Shown here: one piece after another, positions 1 to 13,038 of the stretch
Position numbering within the stretch: position 1 is the stretch's first letter
Layout of the letters: each line of letters starts with the position of its first letter
Source: Longivirga aurantiaca
GTDB lineage: Bacteria > Actinomycetota > Actinomycetes > S36-B12 > CAIYMF01
DNA: 32,000 bases
Assembly: GCF_042660085.1 (NCBI RefSeq)
Contig: NZ_JBHSTI010000008.1
Span: 720,001-752,000, forward strand
Direction: 5' to 3'
Program-made: the position numbers and the translations under genes
Notes under the pieces: generated by a model
What the model saw: the letters and a program-made list of their open reading frames with translations, nothing else
Database searches by the model: none
Told to the model about the DNA's origin: nothing

Positions 1-1
1 G

Positions 2-694
2 CTCTGGCTCGCGGTCGTGGTGGTCGTCGGCTTCTTCGTCCTCGCGTTCCGCAAGGCCAAGGTCGTCCCCGGCCGGGTGCAGGGCCTCGCCGAGTACGGC
101 TACTTCTTCGTGCGCGACGGCATCGCCCGCGACACGATCGGCAAGGAGGGCGACCGCTTCGTCCCCTTGCTGTTCTCGTTCTTCTTCTTCATCTGGATGA
201 ACAACCTCTGGGGCATCATCCCGTTCGCCCAGATCCCGGTGACGAGCAAGTTCGCCATCCCCGTGGCGTTCGCCGCGATCGTCTACCTCGCGTGGGTGCC
301 GCTCGGCGTCAAGCGCCAGGGCCTGCTGCCGTTCTTCAAGGGCATGACAATGCCGCGCGACGTGCCCAAGGTGATGTACGTCCTGCTGATCCCGATCGAG
401 ATCCTGTCGAACTTCATCGTGCGGCCGTTCACGCACGCGGTCCGTCTGTTCGCGAACATGTTCGCGGGCCACATGCTCCTCGCGACCTTCTCGATCGCCG
501 CCTGGTACCTCTTCCCGGTCAACCTCTTCTCCGAGCCGAGCGGCGTCGCCGTCATCGGGCTCCTCGGCTCGGCGGCCTCGACCGTGGTCACCGTGGCGCT
601 CACCGGGTTCGAGATGGGCATCCAGGCACTTCAGGCGTACGTCTTCACCCTGCTCGCCGCCGTCTACCTGAGCGACTCGGTGAACGCGCACTAG
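2..694 (+). CDS. atpB: F0F1 ATP synthase subunit a (5'-truncated at window edge)
   Basis: The frame is open from position 2 with no upstream stop, so the gene starts outside the window. The product is a multi-helix hydrophobic protein with the a-subunit stator motif VRLFANMFAGHML (conserved Arg). It is first in the canonical atpBEFHAGDC order. Confidence 0.93.
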   Translation, partial: LWLAVVVVVGFFVLAFRKAKVVPGRVQGLAEYGYFFVRDGIARDTIGKEGDRFVPLLFSFFFFIWMNNLWGIIPFAQIPVTSKFAIPVAFAAIVYLAWVPLGVKRQGLLPFFKGMTMPRDVPKVMYVLLIPIEILSNFIVRPFTHAVRLFANMFAGHMLLATFSIAAWYLFPVNLFSEPSGVAVIGLLGSAASTVVTVALTGFEMGIQALQAYVFTLLAAVYLSDSVNAH

Positions 695-751
695 ACCAGC
701 ACCACCTGCTCCACGCTCGACCCAGGCTCGAACCACAGCTCCACTCCATGA

Positions 752-1021
<270 letters not shown>

Positions 1022-1067
1022 TCGTCGCTCTCCGAGCTGAACGACCAACCATCCGAAGGGTGAACCT

Positions 1068-1610
1068 GTGAACCTCCTTGCAGCCTCCGAGGCACCGAAA
1101 GTCCTCGGCGTCCCTCTCGACGAGCTGGTGCTGGGGCTCTTCGCGTTCTTCGTCGTGCTCTGGGCGCTGAACAAGTTCGCGTTCCCCGGCATCAAGAAGG
1201 CGCTCGACGAGCGCAGCGCGGCCATCGAAGGCGGCATCGCCCGCTCCGAGGAGCGCGAGGCGCAGGCTCAGGCGCTGCTCGAGCAGTACCAGGCCCAGCT
1301 GGCCGAGGCCCGCACCGAGGCCGCCCAGATCCGGGCCCAGGCGCAGGCGGACAAGACGGCCATCATCGACGAGGCCCGTCGCGAGGCCACCGAGGCGGCA
1401 GCTGCCGTCACGGCTCGCGCCGAGGCAGCCATCGCCGCGGAGCGGGCGTCCACGGTCGCGTCGCTGCGCCGCGAGGTCGGAACCCTGGCCGTGTCGCTGG
1501 CCGGCAAGGTCGTGGGGGAGTCCCTCGAGGACGACGCCCGCGCCCGCGCCACGGTCGACCGGTTCATCGCCGACCTCGAGGCTGAGGCTGCGAACGGGGC
1601 GAACGCCTGA
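1068..1610 (+). CDS. atpF: F0F1 ATP synthase subunit b
   Basis: GTG start. One N-terminal TM helix ([15 protein letters not shown]) followed by a long Ala/Glu/Arg/Gln-rich helical stalk. The stop overlaps the atpH ATG by 1 nt (TGATG at 1608-1612). Confidence 0.9.
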   Translation: MNLLAASEAPKVLGVPLDELVLGLFAFFVVLWALNKFAFPGIKKALDERSAAIEGGIARSEEREAQAQALLEQYQAQLAEARTEAAQIRAQAQADKTAIIDEARREATEAAAAVTARAEAAIAAERASTVASLRREVGTLAVSLAGKVVGESLEDDARARATVDRFIADLEAEAANGANA

Positions 1611-2419
1611 TGCTCGGTTCCTCCCGCCACTCCTTCGCCGCCCTGCGGACGTCGCTCGACGCCCGCAGCGGCGAGGCCGGCTTCGGCACGGTCGCCAGCG
1701 ACCTGCTCGCGGTCGCGGGGCTGCTGGGCCACGAGAAGTCGCTGCGCCAGACGCTGGCGGACTCCGGCCAGCCGGGCGACACCCGCGGTGCCATCGTGCG
1801 CGACCTGTTCGGCGGCAAGGTGTCCGACACCTCGCTCGCCGTGCTCGACGAGGTCGTGTCGGCGCGCTGGTCGAACGACGTCGACATGGTCGACGCCGTC
1901 GAGCAGCTCGGGGCGCAGGCGGCGTTCACCGTCGCCGAGGCCGACGGCTCGCTCGACCGCGTGGAGGAGGAGCTCTTCCGCGTCGGACGCGCCGTCGACG
2001 GCTCGGCCGAGCTCCAGATGGCGATCACCGACCCGTCCCTGGCCGCCGAGCACAAGACGGCGCTCGTGCGCGACCTCATCGGTGCCTCCGCGGCGCCCAC
2101 GACCACCGCCCTGGTGTCGTACGCCGCGGCCAACCTGCGCGGCCGCCAGCCGGCCGTCGCGATCGAGTCGCTCGCCACGCTCGCCGCCGACCAGCGCCAG
2201 CGCCTGCTCGCCGAGGTGCGCAGCGCTGTCCCGCTCAACCCCGAGCAGGTCGGCCGCCTCGCGGCCGCCCTCTCGACGCTGCAGGGCCGCGACGTGCGGC
2301 TCAACGTGATCGTCGACCCCGAGGTCGTCGGAGGCATCGTGGTCCGGGTGGGCGACGACGTCATCGACGGCAGCGTGGCGAGCCGCTTCGAGCAGGCCCG
2401 TCGCGCGGTCACCGCCTAG
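1610..2419 (+). CDS. atpH: F0F1 ATP synthase subunit delta (long actinobacterial form, 269 aa)
   Basis: Sits between atpF and atpA. The C-terminal OSCP-like end reads [29 protein letters not shown]. Translationally coupled to atpF. Confidence 0.9.
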   Translation: MLGSSRHSFAALRTSLDARSGEAGFGTVASDLLAVAGLLGHEKSLRQTLADSGQPGDTRGAIVRDLFGGKVSDTSLAVLDEVVSARWSNDVDMVDAVEQLGAQAAFTVAEADGSLDRVEEELFRVGRAVDGSAELQMAITDPSLAAEHKTALVRDLIGASAAPTTTALVSYAAANLRGRQPAVAIESLATLAADQRQRLLAEVRSAVPLNPEQVGRLAAALSTLQGRDVRLNVIVDPEVVGGIVVRVGDDVIDGSVASRFEQARRAVTA

Positions 2420-2499
2420 CACGCCCAGCACGCCCCAGGACCACAGACACCCGACAGCAGGCGCCGAGCCCGGCGCGTGGAACGAGAGAGCAGGCAACC

Positions 2500-4134
<1,635 letters not shown>

Positions 4135-4146
4135 GGTCAGGCCCCC

Positions 4147-5058
4147 ATGGGTGCACAGCAGAGGATCTATCGCCGACGGATCAAGACGGTCCAGTCGACG
4201 AAGAAGATCACCAAGGCGATGGAGCTCATCGCCTCGTCGCGCATCGTCAAGGCGCAGCAGCGGGTGGAGGCGGCACTGCCGTACACCCGCGAGCTGATCC
4301 GGGCGATCTCCGCGGCGGCCTCGCACACGGGCGGCGGCCACCCGCTGACCCAGACCGAGCAGCGGCTGCGCGAGCGTGCCGCGGTGCTCATCATCACCTC
4401 CGACCGCGGTCTCGCCGGCGCCTACAGCTCGGCGACGATCAAGGAGGGCGAGCAGCTCACCAGCCTCCTGCGCGAGCAGGGCGTCACCTCGGTGCCGTTC
4501 CTGGTCGGGCGCAAGGCGGTGGGCTACTACCGCTTCCGCGGCCGCGAGGTCGCCGCGTCGTGGACGGGGTTCAGCGACCAGCCGGACTACGGCCACGCCA
4601 AGGAGATCGCCGAGGCGCTGCTGCAGGCCTTCCTCACCCCGACCGAGGAGGGCGGCGTCGACGAGATCCACATCGTCTACACGCACTTCGAGAACATGGT
4701 CACCCAGACCGTGCGGGTACGGCGGGCACTGCCGCTCGAGGTCATCGAGCAGACGGCGGCGGAGGCGGCAGCTGCAGGGCAGGGGCCCTTCCCGCTGTAC
4801 GAGTTCGAGCCCAGCGGTGCTGCGGTCCTCGACTCGCTGCTCCCGAAGTACATCGAGAACGTCGTGTTCTCGGCGCTGCTCCTCGGCGCCGCGTCCGAGC
4901 ATGCTGCCCGTCGTCGCGCCATGAAGGCCGCGACCGACAACGCTGAGGAGCTCATCAAGACCCTCAGCCGCCAGGCGAACCAGGCGCGCCAGGCAGAGAT
5001 CACCCAAGAGATCAGCGAGATCGTCGGCGGCGCCGACGCGCTGTCGGCATCGGCATAG
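4147..5058 (+). CDS. atpG: F0F1 ATP synthase subunit gamma
   Basis: 303 aa. N-terminal IKTVQSTKKITKAMELIASSR and C-terminal coiled coil LSRQANQARQAEITQEISEIVGGADAL are typical gamma termini. Confidence 0.96.
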   Translation: MGAQQRIYRRRIKTVQSTKKITKAMELIASSRIVKAQQRVEAALPYTRELIRAISAAASHTGGGHPLTQTEQRLRERAAVLIITSDRGLAGAYSSATIKEGEQLTSLLREQGVTSVPFLVGRKAVGYYRFRGREVAASWTGFSDQPDYGHAKEIAEALLQAFLTPTEEGGVDEIHIVYTHFENMVTQTVRVRRALPLEVIEQTAAEAAAAGQGPFPLYEFEPSGAAVLDSLLPKYIENVVFSALLLGAASEHAARRRAMKAATDNAEELIKTLSRQANQARQAEITQEISEIVGGADALSASA

Positions 5059-6510
<1,452 letters not shown>

Positions 6511-6512
6511 CC

Positions 6513-6929
6513 ATGGCAGAGCTCAACGTCAGCCTCGTCGCGGTCGACCGCAAGATCTGGTCGGGGACGGCGACGATGGTGGTCGCCAAGACCCTCGAGG
6601 GCGAGATCGGCATCCTGCCCCGGCACGAGCCCGTGCTCGCGCTGCTGGCGAACAGCCCGGTCCGCATCACCACGACCGAGGGCAACGTCATCTCGGCCGC
6701 GGTGCACGGCGGGTTCTTCTCGGTCGACTCGGACAACGTCTCGATCCTCGCCGAGAGCGCCGAGCTGTCGGGCGAGATCGACGTCGACCGTGCGCGGCTC
6801 GCTCTCGAGCGGGCCAAGGCGGCCGGGGCCGACACCGCCGACGAGATGGCAGCCATCGAGCGCGCCGAGGTGCGCCTGAAGGTCGCCCTCGCCGAGCAGC
6901 ACAAGGAGCACGCGGCCGGCGGCCGCTGA
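6513..6929 (+). CDS. atpC: F0F1 ATP synthase subunit epsilon
   Basis: 138 aa with an N-terminal beta-sandwich pattern ([42 protein letters not shown]) and a C-terminal helical hairpin. Last gene of the operon. Confidence 0.93.
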   Translation: MAELNVSLVAVDRKIWSGTATMVVAKTLEGEIGILPRHEPVLALLANSPVRITTTEGNVISAAVHGGFFSVDSDNVSILAESAELSGEIDVDRARLALERAKAAGADTADEMAAIERAEVRLKVALAEQHKEHAAGGR

Positions 6930-6950
6930 CATCCAGCACGCACAGCACGT

Positions 6951-6986
6951 CAGAACGGCCGGTCCCGCAGGGGGCCGGCCGTTCTG
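6951..6986 (+). terminator. Strong hairpin 22 nt after the atpC stop (putative atp operon terminator)
   Basis: CAGAACGGCCGG (6951-6962) is the exact reverse complement of CCGGCCGTTCTG (6975-6986). The stem extends inward by TCCC/GGGG (one G-U pair) around a GCAG loop, giving about 16 bp. The following tail CUGUUGCC is only weakly U-rich, as is common in high-GC actinobacteria. Confidence 0.75.
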
Positions 6987-7150
6987 CTGTTGCCGCCGTG
7001 AAGGGGGCTCCGGCGTCCTTCTGGGCCGGGTTCCTCCGCCGGCCCTGTCGGACTGGAGCGACTGCATCCCGCCGGGGTCGAGCACGAGTGGGACGACGTG
7101 CTGCGCCAGGTCGCGGCCGCCCTGGCTGCGACGGGTGGCGAGGCGCTGGT

Positions 7151-7726
7151 CTAGCGCTCGCCGCCCGGCTTCCAGAGCACGTCGCCGCCCGCGGACAGGT
7201 TCGCGTGGCGCGCGAGGATGAACAGCAGGTCGGAGAGGCGGTTCAGGTACGTCGCCGTCAGCTCGTTCATGGTGGCGCCGTGCACCTCGAGCGCGGCCCA
7301 GGCCTGCCGCTCGGCGCGGCGCACGACGGTGCGGGAGACGTGCAGCAGGGCCGATCCCGGCGTGCCGCCCGGCAGGATGAACGAGCGCAGGGCCTCGAGC
7401 TGCTCGTTGTACTCGTCGCAGGCCGCCTCGAGGCGCTCGACGTAGTCGGGGAGCACGCGCAGCGGGGGGTACTCGGGGGCCGGCACGATCGGGGTGCACA
7501 GGTCGGCGCCGACGTCGAAGAGGTCGTTCTGGATGCGCGTCAGGAGAGCCACGACGTCGTCGGAGAGGCTTCCCAGGGCGATCGCCACGCCGATCGAGGA
7601 GTTGGCCTCGTCGGTGTCGGCGTACGCCAGGAGGCGCGCGTCGTTCTTGCTCACCCGGGACAGGTCGCCGAGGGCCGTGGTTCCGTGGTCGCCGGTGCGT
7701 GTGTAGATGCGGGTGAGGTTGACCAT
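7151..7726 (-). CDS. PduO-type ATP:cob(I)alamin adenosyltransferase
   Basis: 191 aa. The N-terminus [21 protein letters not shown] is the hallmark PduO/MMAB-type ATP-binding motif, and the rest is a helical bundle ([35 protein letters not shown]). Confidence 0.92.
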   Translation of the reverse strand: MVNLTRIYTRTGDHGTTALGDLSRVSKNDARLLAYADTDEANSSIGVAIALGSLSDDVVALLTRIQNDLFDVGADLCTPIVPAPEYPPLRVLPDYVERLEAACDEYNEQLEALRSFILPGGTPGSALLHVSRTVVRRAERQAWAALEVHGATMNELTATYLNRLSDLLFILARHANLSAGGDVLWKPGGER

Positions 7727-7833
7727 GTCGCGAGCCTATCCGTGCGGGTTCGGGACGGCCTCCCGCAGCGTGGGCGGCTGATCGCGTACCGGCTGGTAAC
7801 CGATGGGCCGCCGGACGGCCTATCCTCGGGGCC

Positions 7834-9096
7834 GTGGAGGCCTTCCGGATCGTGGGTGGGGCCCGGCTGGCCGGCGAGGTGCGGGTCACCGGGGCCAAGA
7901 ACAGCGTGCTCAAGCTGATGGCGGCCTCGCTGCTGGCCGAGGGCACCAGCGTGCTGCACGAGGTGCCGGACATCCTCGACGTCGAGTACATGGCCGAGCT
8001 GCTGCGCCGCCTCGGCTGCGACGTCGTCCGCGACCGGGCCACCCGCTCGGTCAGCATCACCGTGCCCGAGGTGCCGCACCACAAGGCCGACTACGACCTC
8101 GTCCGCAAGCTCCGCGCGTCGATCAACGTGCTCGGCCCGCTGCTCGCCCGCTGCGGCGAGGCCGACGTCGCCCTCCCGGGCGGCGACAACATCGGCAGCC
8201 GCGGCCTCGACATGCACATCGCCGGCCTCGAGCGGCTCGGCGCCACCGTGCGCAGCGAGCACGGCTTCCTCATCGCCACCCGCGACGAGCGCCTGCACGG
8301 CGCGACGGTCTGGCTCGACTTCCCGAGCGTGGGCGCCACCGAGAACCTGCTCATGGCCTCGGTGCTCGCCAAGGGCACGACCGTGATCGACAACGCCGCT
8401 CGCGAGCCCGAGATCGTCGACATCTGCACGATGCTGCAGAAGATGGGCGGCCAGATCGAGGGGGTCGGTACGTCGACCCTCGTGATCGAGGGCGTCGAGG
8501 CGCTGTCGCCCACCGAGCACACCACCGTGCCCGACCGCCTCGTGGTCGGCACCTGGGCTGTCGGTGCGGTCATGACGCGCGGCGACATCACGATCCACAA
8601 CGCCGTCGCGGCTCATCTCGAGATCGCCCTCGACAAGCTCGTCCGCGCGGGCGCCATCGTCGACGAGGTGCCGGACGGCTTCCGGGTCGCGTGCCACGAC
8701 CGGCCGCGCGCGGTCGACGTCGTCACGCTGCCCTACCCGGGCTTCCCGACCGACCTGCAGCCGCAGTTCATCGCGCTCAACTCGATCGCGCACGGCTCGG
8801 CGATGGTGACCGAGAACCTCTTCGAGGCGCGGTTCCGCTTCGTCAACGAGATGGTCCGCCTCGGCGCCGACGTCCGCACCGACGGGCACCACGCGATGGT
8901 GCGCGGCCGCCAGAGCCTCTCGGGCGCGCCCGTCGAGGCGGCCGACATCCGCGCGGGTGCTGGTCTCGTGCTCGCGGGCCTCGTGGCCGAGGGCTGCACC
9001 ACCGTGTACGAGCCGCACCACGTCGACCGCGGGTACGACGGCTTCATCGACGACCTCGTGCGCCTCGGCGCCGACGTCTCGCGCGTCGACGTCTGA
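7834..9096 (+). CDS. murA: UDP-N-acetylglucosamine 1-carboxyvinyltransferase
   Basis: 420 aa with GTG start. N-terminus [34 protein letters not shown]. Active-site loop [16 protein letters not shown] (Asp in place of the fosfomycin-target Cys, as in mycobacterial MurA). Also FPTDLQPQF. Confidence 0.95.
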   Translation: MEAFRIVGGARLAGEVRVTGAKNSVLKLMAASLLAEGTSVLHEVPDILDVEYMAELLRRLGCDVVRDRATRSVSITVPEVPHHKADYDLVRKLRASINVLGPLLARCGEADVALPGGDNIGSRGLDMHIAGLERLGATVRSEHGFLIATRDERLHGATVWLDFPSVGATENLLMASVLAKGTTVIDNAAREPEIVDICTMLQKMGGQIEGVGTSTLVIEGVEALSPTEHTTVPDRLVVGTWAVGAVMTRGDITIHNAVAAHLEIALDKLVRAGAIVDEVPDGFRVACHDRPRAVDVVTLPYPGFPTDLQPQFIALNSIAHGSAMVTENLFEARFRFVNEMVRLGADVRTDGHHAMVRGRQSLSGAPVEAADIRAGAGLVLAGLVAEGCTTVYEPHHVDRGYDGFIDDLVRLGADVSRVDV

Positions 9097-9102
9097 CGCG
9101 CC

Positions 9103-9477
9103 CTAGAGGCGCTCGATCAGGGCGCGCGCCCGGTCCTCGTCGTCGGGGAACACCATCACGCGCGGGCCGGACAGCGTCTGGGTGAGCGTCGCGCGGACAC
9201 CGGCGTCCTCCAGCGTGCGGCGCATGATCTCGCCCTCGACGTACGTGCCGGGGCTGGCTACGGGCACGAGGAGCCCGTACTCGTCGTCGGCGCCCGGCTT
9301 GGGCTTCCTGGCCACGACCGAGACACCGGTGCGGAAGGTCCAGCGCAGGAGCAGCACGAGGACCCCGACGCCCGCGAACGCGATCAGCGGACCCACGAGG
9401 AAGGACGCGCTGGTGCCGTTCACCGGCCCATGGTGCGCCCTCCGGCCTCCCCTGGCCACCGCGGCGCCCCGGTACAC
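9103..9477 (-). CDS. Small membrane-anchored protein of unknown function (possibly a DUF2007-like C-terminal domain)
   Basis: One TM helix (FLVGPLIAFAGVGVLVLLLRW) followed by a roughly 60-aa soluble tail (LLVPVASPGTYVEGEIMRRTLEDAGVRATL...VMVFPDDEDRARALIERL). The start is ambiguous: GTG at 9477 or in-frame GTG at 9423. The family call is by resemblance only. Confidence 0.55.
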   Translation of the reverse strand: MYRGAAVARGGRRAHHGPVNGTSASFLVGPLIAFAGVGVLVLLLRWTFRTGVSVVARKPKPGADDEYGLLVPVASPGTYVEGEIMRRTLEDAGVRATLTQTLSGPRVMVFPDDEDRARALIERL

Positions 9478-9530
9478 CGGGGCCCTACTGTGGGGGAGTC
9501 AGTGAGCGGGCGATAACCGGAGGAACGGAC

Positions 9531-10382
9531 ATGGTTCAGCAGGTCGCCGTCATCGGTGCGGGCCTCATGGGCGGCGGCATCGCCCAGGTCGCGGCGCAGG
9601 CCGGGTACGACGTGATCCTCCGCGATGTCACGCCCGAGGCGCTCGAGCGCGGGCTCGGCGCGATCCGCACGTCGTACGACCGGTTCGTCGACAAGGGCCG
9701 CATGACGGCCGACGACCGCGACGCCGCGCTCGCGCGCATCACGCCCACCACCGACCTCGAGGCCGTGGCACCGGCCGACCTCGTGGTCGAGGCGGTGTTC
9801 GAGAAGCTCGAGGTCAAGGCCGAGCTCTTCGCCGAGCTCGACCGGATCTGCGGCGACGGCACCACGCTCGCATCGAACACCTCGGCCATCCCGATCACCT
9901 CGATCGCCGCCGCCACCTCGCGCCCCGAGCGCGTCGTCGGCACCCACTTCTTCTCGCCCGTGCCGATGATGAGGCTCTGCGAGCTCGTCCGCGGCTACAA
10001 GACCTCGGACGAGGCGCTCGCCGTCGCGCGGGAGTTCGCCGAGGGCGTGGGCAAGACCTGCATCGTGGTCAACCGCGACGTGGCCGGCTTCGTCACCACC
10101 CGTCTCATCAGCGCGCTCGCCATGGAGGCCGTCGCCCTGCTCGAGAGCGGGGTGGCGAGCGCGGAGGACATCGACACCGCGTGCCGCCTCGGCTTCGGCC
10201 ACGCGATGGGCCCGCTCGAGACGATCGACCTCACCGGCGTCGACATCATGCTGAACGCCGCGACGAACGTGTACCTCGACACCCAGGACGAGAAGTTCGC
10301 AGCGCCCGAGCTGCTGCGCCGCATGGTCGCCGCGGGCGACCTCGGCCGCAAGACCGGCCGCGGCTTCTACCCGCACGGCTAG
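9531..10382 (+). CDS. hbd: 3-hydroxybutyryl-CoA dehydrogenase (NAD-dependent, HAD family)
   Basis: 283 aa. Rossmann motif VAVIGAGLMGGGIA, NTSAIPIT, HFFSPVPMMRLCELV, GFVTTRL, and C-terminal [18 protein letters not shown] 7 nt upstream of the ATG. Confidence 0.92.
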   Translation: MVQQVAVIGAGLMGGGIAQVAAQAGYDVILRDVTPEALERGLGAIRTSYDRFVDKGRMTADDRDAALARITPTTDLEAVAPADLVVEAVFEKLEVKAELFAELDRICGDGTTLASNTSAIPITSIAAATSRPERVVGTHFFSPVPMMRLCELVRGYKTSDEALAVAREFAEGVGKTCIVVNRDVAGFVTTRLISALAMEAVALLESGVASAEDIDTACRLGFGHAMGPLETIDLTGVDIMLNAATNVYLDTQDEKFAAPELLRRMVAAGDLGRKTGRGFYPHG

Positions 10383-10392
10383 GAGGACGACG

Positions 10393-12384
10393 ATGCGCGA
10401 CAAGCCGTGGTTGATGCGGACGTACGCCGGGCACAGCTCGGCGTCGGAGTCGAACGCGCTCTATCGGCGCAACCTCGAGAAGGGCCAGACCGGCCTCTCG
10501 GTGGCGTTCGACCTGCCCACCCAAACCGGCTACGACCCCGACGACCTCCTCGCGCGCGGCGAGGTCGGCAAGGTCGGCGTCCCGGTGTCGCACATCGGCG
10601 ACATGCGGGCGCTGTTCGACGGCATCCCGCTCGACACGATGAACACCTCGATGACCATCAACGCCACGGCGATGTGGCTGCTGGCGCTCTACGCGACCGT
10701 GGCCGAGGAGCAGGGCGCGCCGTTCTCGGCGCTGTCGGGCACGACCCAGAACGACATCATCAAGGAGTACCTGTCGCGGGGCACGTACGTCTTCCCGCCC
10801 GGGCCGTCGCTGCGGCTGATCACCGACATGATCGCGTGGACCGTCACCGACGTCCCGAAGTGGAACCCGACCAACATCTGCAGCTACCACCTGCAGGAGG
10901 CCGGAGCGACGCCCGAGCAGGAGATCGCCTACGCGATGTGCACGGCCATCGCCGTGCTCGACGCCGTCCGTGACTCCGGCCAGGTGCCGGCCGAGCGCTT
11001 CGGGGAGGTCGTCGCCCGCATCTCGTTCTTCGTGAACGCCGGCGTGCGGTTCGTCGAGGAGATGTGCAAGATGCGCGCCTTCGTCCAGCTCTGGGACGAG
11101 CTCACCCGCGAGCGCTACGGCATCACCGACGCCAAGCAGCGCCGCTTCCGCTACGGCGTGCAGGTCAACTCCCTCGGGCTCACCGAGGCGCAGCCCGAGA
11201 ACAACGTGCAGCGCATCGTGCTCGAGATGCTGGCGGTCACGCTGTCGAAGGACGCCCGCGCCCGCGCGGTGCAGCTGCCCGCGTGGAACGAGGCCCTCGG
11301 CCTGCCGCGACCGTGGGACCAGCAGTGGTCGCTGCGCATCCAGCAGGTGCTGGCGTACGAGAGCGACCTCCTCGAGTACGACGACCTCTTCACCGGGTCC
11401 GTCGTCGTCGAGCAGAAGGTGGCCGATCTCGTCGCGAAGGCCAAGGCCGAGATCGACCGCGTGCAGGAGATGGGCGGCGCGGTTGCGGCCGTCGAGTCGG
11501 GCTACATGAAGGGCCAGCTCGTCGCCTCGCACGCCGCGCGGCGCGGCAAGGTCGAGAGCGGGGAGGACGTCGTCGTCGGCGTCAACATGTTCACCACCAC
11601 CGAGCCCAGCCCGCTGACGGAGAACCTCGAGACCGCGATCCAGTACGTCGATCCTGCCGTCGAGGCCGCCGCGGTCGAGCGCATCGCCGCCTGGCGTGCC
11701 TCGCGCGACGACGCTGCGGTCACGGCCGCGCTGGCCGAGCTGCGCCGCGTGGCCCGCACGACCGACAACCTCGTGCCCGCCACGCTGGCCTGCGCCCGCG
11801 CCGGCGTGACGACGGGGGAGTGGTCGTGGGCCCTGCGCGAGGAGTTCGGCGAGTACCGAGCGCCCACCGGCGTGAGCGGCGTCGTCGGCGTCGGGCCGCT
11901 CACGGGCGAGCTCGAGACCGTCCGCAGCGCCGTGGCGGCCACCGGCGACGAGCTCGGTGCGCACCTGCGGATGCTGGTCGGCAAGCCCGGGCTCGACGGC
12001 CACAGCAACGGTGCCGAGCAGATCGCCGTCCGCGCGCGCGACGCCGGCTTCGAGGTGGTCTACCAGGGCATCCGGCTCACGCCGGCCCAGATCGTCGCGG
12101 CCGCCGTGGAGGAGGACGTCGACGTCGTCGGCCTCTCGATCCTGTCGGGGTCGCACCTCGAGCTCGTGCCGATGGTGCTCGACGGCCTGCGCGAGGCCGG
12201 CCTGACGGACGTGCCGGTCGTGGTCGGAGGGATCATCCCCGAGGCCGACGAGCGCACGCTGCTCGAGTGGGGCGTGGCCGCGGTCTTCACGCCGAAGGAC
12301 TACGACGCGACCACGATCATGGCCCAGGTGCTCGACGAGGTCCGTGCTGCGAAGGGTCTGCCGCGGCTGCTCCAGCCGGCGTGA
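10393..12384 (+). CDS. ecm: Single-chain coenzyme B12-dependent acyl-CoA mutase, ethylmalonyl-CoA mutase (Ecm/MeaA) type
   Basis: 663 aa. N-terminus KPWLMRTYAGHSSASESNALYRRNLEKGQTGLSVAFDLPTQTGYD matches my recollection of Ecm/MeaA. C-terminal B12-binding domain carries the DxHxxG motif (LDGHSNGAEQI). AGGAGGA RBS overlaps the hbd stop. ccr, epimerase and meaB lie in the same window. Confidence 0.85.
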   Translation: MRDKPWLMRTYAGHSSASESNALYRRNLEKGQTGLSVAFDLPTQTGYDPDDLLARGEVGKVGVPVSHIGDMRALFDGIPLDTMNTSMTINATAMWLLALYATVAEEQGAPFSALSGTTQNDIIKEYLSRGTYVFPPGPSLRLITDMIAWTVTDVPKWNPTNICSYHLQEAGATPEQEIAYAMCTAIAVLDAVRDSGQVPAERFGEVVARISFFVNAGVRFVEEMCKMRAFVQLWDELTRERYGITDAKQRRFRYGVQVNSLGLTEAQPENNVQRIVLEMLAVTLSKDARARAVQLPAWNEALGLPRPWDQQWSLRIQQVLAYESDLLEYDDLFTGSVVVEQKVADLVAKAKAEIDRVQEMGGAVAAVESGYMKGQLVASHAARRGKVESGEDVVVGVNMFTTTEPSPLTENLETAIQYVDPAVEAAAVERIAAWRASRDDAAVTAALAELRRVARTTDNLVPATLACARAGVTTGEWSWALREEFGEYRAPTGVSGVVGVGPLTGELETVRSAVAATGDELGAHLRMLVGKPGLDGHSNGAEQIAVRARDAGFEVVYQGIRLTPAQIVAAAVEEDVDVVGLSILSGSHLELVPMVLDGLREAGLTDVPVVVGGIIPEADERTLLEWGVAAVFTPKDYDATTIMAQVLDEVRAAKGLPRLLQPA

Positions 12385-12396
12385 CAGGCTGGCCCC

Positions 12397-13026
12397 GTGC
12401 CTGCTGAGACCTCCCGCATCCTGCTCGTCCGACACGGCCAGAGCGAGGGCAACGTCGCCCGCGTGTGGACCAGTGCTCGCGGCGGCTTCCCGCTGACCGA
12501 GGTCGGGCACGAGCAGGCGCGTGCAGTGGCCTCGACCTTCGTGGGGCGCGACGTCGTCGCCGTCTACGGCTCGCCGCTCGTGCGCGCCCAGGAGACCGCC
12601 GCCGAGATCGCCGCGGTGCTCGGGCTGCAGCACGACGAGCTCGAGGGCGTGGAGGAGCTGCACGTCGGCATCCACGAAGGCGTGCACGACGACACCGTCG
12701 GCCCGGTGGCCGAGCAGGTGTTCGGCGCCTGGTGGCGCGACAACGACCTCTCGGGCGGGTTCGAGGGCGGCGAGACCGGGCTGGAGATCGCCGCCCGCAT
12801 GCGGGACGCGCTCGACCTCGTGGCCGACAGGCACGTCGGCGAGAGGTCCGTCGTCGTCTCGCACGGCGGCGCGATGGCCGTGGGCGTCATCTCGCTGTGC
12901 GATCTCGACGCGGCCTTCGTCGCGACGCACCTGCTCAAGAACTGCGACGTCGTCGAGCTCGAGCGCGAGGATGGCGCCTGGCTCTGCGCCTCCTGGGCCG
13001 GCGAGCGCCCGCCCCTGCGCGCCTGA
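12397..13026 (+). CDS. Histidine phosphatase family protein (phosphoglycerate mutase/CobC-like)
   Basis: 209 aa with GTG start 12 nt after the ecm stop. Catalytic RHG motif (LLVRHGQSEGN), GSPLVRAQETA, and C-terminal SHGG. Confidence 0.85.
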   Translation: MPAETSRILLVRHGQSEGNVARVWTSARGGFPLTEVGHEQARAVASTFVGRDVVAVYGSPLVRAQETAAEIAAVLGLQHDELEGVEELHVGIHEGVHDDTVGPVAEQVFGAWWRDNDLSGGFEGGETGLEIAARMRDALDLVADRHVGERSVVVSHGGAMAVGVISLCDLDAAFVATHLLKNCDVVELEREDGAWLCASWAGERPPLRA

Positions 13027-13038
13027 ACCGGCGCCGCG

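Noticed and set aside
7002-7154. A 51-codon stop-free plus-strand frame after the atp terminator
   Set aside because: It has no ATG/GTG/TTG start with an RBS and no recognisable motif, and it sits downstream of a strong terminator. It is kept only as a possible gene remnant in the findings.
9424-9530. A possible cobalamin riboswitch upstream of hbd-ecm, or upstream of the adenosyltransferase at 7727-7833
   Set aside because: The spacers are only about 100 nt, and I could not find a B12-box-like element or the multi-stem architecture. They are too short for a cobalamin riboswitch.
10246-12930. An 894-aa minus-strand ORF antisense to the mutase and phosphatase, plus similar long antisense or alternate-frame ORFs (1268-2497, 6222-8084, 6299-7918, 7651-9021, 7803-9185, 9420-10403, 12935-14290, 19737-21773, 22816-23673, 23325-24590, 26443-27735, 29285-31213, 29803-31332)
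   Set aside because: All overlap genes with strong family signatures in another frame or strand. All translate to Arg/Pro/Gly/Ala-rich low-complexity sequence. This is the expected GC-bias ORF noise.
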